Shown here: positions 62,861 through 64,000 of the stretch, in pieces
How positions within the stretch are numbered: the stretch's first letter is position 1
Layout: each line of letters opens with the position of its first letter
Virus record (IMG/VR): IMGVR_UViG_3300035498_000404
Coordinates: 1 to 64,000 of that record
DNA length: 64,000 nucleotides
Origin: a virus
Lineage: Duplodnaviria; Caudoviricetes
Direction: 5' to 3' (one strand)
Notes under the pieces: generated by a model
Told to the model about the DNA's origin: nothing
What the model saw: only the letters and a program-made list of their open reading frames with translations
Databases searched by the model: none
Translations under genes and position numbers: made by a program

Positions 62861-63547
62861 ATGCACGTCACTAATATATATTTAAATAAATACAGAGCCA
62901 TTGTAGAAAATAGTTCAAGAAGTTTAGACCTTGGCACTAACGATAGTAAGGGTAATGAAAAATTAAATATAATTCGCGGAGATGGCTGGGAAGACTTAAC
63001 AATAAAAATTACCTTTTGGCCTTCTCGTGTTGAAATGTATGTTCCAGATGATGGATTAGTAGATGTTCCACCAGAAGCTACTAATTTTGAATGTCCTCCA
63101 TTTAGAGGTAAGGTTATTTTTAATGGAGTGTCAAATGGTCGTGTTATAAATACGACCGATTTGACCTATTCTGTTTCCCCTCATGTTCCCTCAAGGGGAG
63201 TAGATACTAGCTATCGTACTCCAAGTGTATGGGAACAGTGGGTTGATGACGCAAAATCTACAGTTGAATCTGCTGAATCTGCTGTGGAAGATGTTAATAA
63301 TTCTATCGAAAATGTCAACATTTCAATTAAGGAAGTTGACAGACTAAAAGAGGAATACGAAGAATTAATAGCTAACACGCCTATTAATCCAGACTGGACA
63401 CTAGACCACACAAAATTAACGCATCGTGATGCTGAAAACCAACATCCGATTAGTGCCATTGAAGGTCTTGAAAAGCAATTGGACACTTATGTTACTTCAA
63501 GTAACACAATGTCTAATAGCGATATTGATAATCTTTTAGGATGGTGA
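62861..63547 (+). CDS. Tail fibre-associated protein
   Basis: DHTKLTHRDAENQHPISAIEGL motif; MSNSDIDNL C terminus. Confidence 0.7.
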   Translation: MHVTNIYLNKYRAIVENSSRSLDLGTNDSKGNEKLNIIRGDGWEDLTIKITFWPSRVEMYVPDDGLVDVPPEATNFECPPFRGKVIFNGVSNGRVINTTDLTYSVSPHVPSRGVDTSYRTPSVWEQWVDDAKSTVESAESAVEDVNNSIENVNISIKEVDRLKEEYEELIANTPINPDWTLDHTKLTHRDAENQHPISAIEGLEKQLDTYVTSSNTMSNSDIDNLLGW

Positions 63548-63551
63548 TTAA

Positions 63552-63935
63552 ATGGCCGATAAATATGTTGATAAAGCTGGTCTTACTTATTTTTGGGGTA
63601 AAATAAAGACTTTACTTGCGGCAAAGGCAGATACTTCTTCTTTAAAAACAGTTGCAACAAGTGGTAGTTATAATGATTTAACAAATCGTCCAACTATTCC
63701 GTCTGTTGACGCTTCTTTAAGTAGTTCTAGCACTAATGCCATCCAAAATAAAGCAGTTTATTCTGCATTATCTGGTAAACTTAGTACATCTGGTACTGCT
63801 GCAAGCGCAAGTAAGCTTGTTAATTCTATTACAATAAATGGCACTGCTTTCGATGGAAGCCAAGCTATTTCAATAACAACTGAAAACACTGTTTACAGTG
63901 CAATTTCAAACGATACGATTGATGGATGTTTTTAA
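63552..63935 (+). CDS. Head/tail fibre-like small protein
   Basis: YVDKAGLTYFW, VATSGSYNDLTNRP, VDASLSSSSTNAIQNK and INGTAFDGS motifs. Confidence 0.75.
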   Translation: MADKYVDKAGLTYFWGKIKTLLAAKADTSSLKTVATSGSYNDLTNRPTIPSVDASLSSSSTNAIQNKAVYSALSGKLSTSGTAASASKLVNSITINGTAFDGSQAISITTENTVYSAISNDTIDGCF

Positions 63936-63954
63936 AATTTAAAAGGGTGATTAT

Positions 63955-64000
63955 ATGTCAAAATTTGTTGACCAAGAGGGTTTGCTTTACTTTTGGACAA
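63955..64000 (+). CDS. Start of a paralog of 63552-63935 (truncated by the window)
   Basis: MSKFVDQEGLLYFWT. Confidence 0.6.
   Translation, partial: MSKFVDQEGLLYFWT

Overview
This window is 64 kb of a large, AT-rich tailed phage, probably infecting Firmicutes, with an SPbeta-like gene order: nrdDG, helicase-like gene, single-subunit YonO-like RNA polymerase, ClpP, HU, a 7-tRNA cluster, holin-like gene, terminase, portal, capsid, head-tail genes, tail tube, RecU, tyrosine recombinase, tape measure, tail and fibre genes. The supplied ORF track badly fragments it, for two reasons visible in the sequence. (1) TAG appears to be a sense codon (very probably Gln, code 15): about 40 in-frame TAGs in about 20 genes read through into conserved motifs, and no convincing gene ends in TAG. 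(2) There are 15 predicted self-splicing group I introns: 1 in nrdD, 4 in the RNA polymerase (leaving a 12-nt exon encoding the catalytic DFDG and a 5-nt exon), 3 in the terminase large subunit, 1 in a small accessory gene and 6 in the tape measure gene (with a 10-nt exon). Two introns carry conventional homing endonucleases. A third, terminase intron 2, carries an intact TAG-recoded TnpB with no transposase, a candidate RNA-guided homing endonuclease. All splice sites and readthroughs were reconstructed by eye from P1/P7 pairings and restored protein motifs; none is experimentally or computationally verified.
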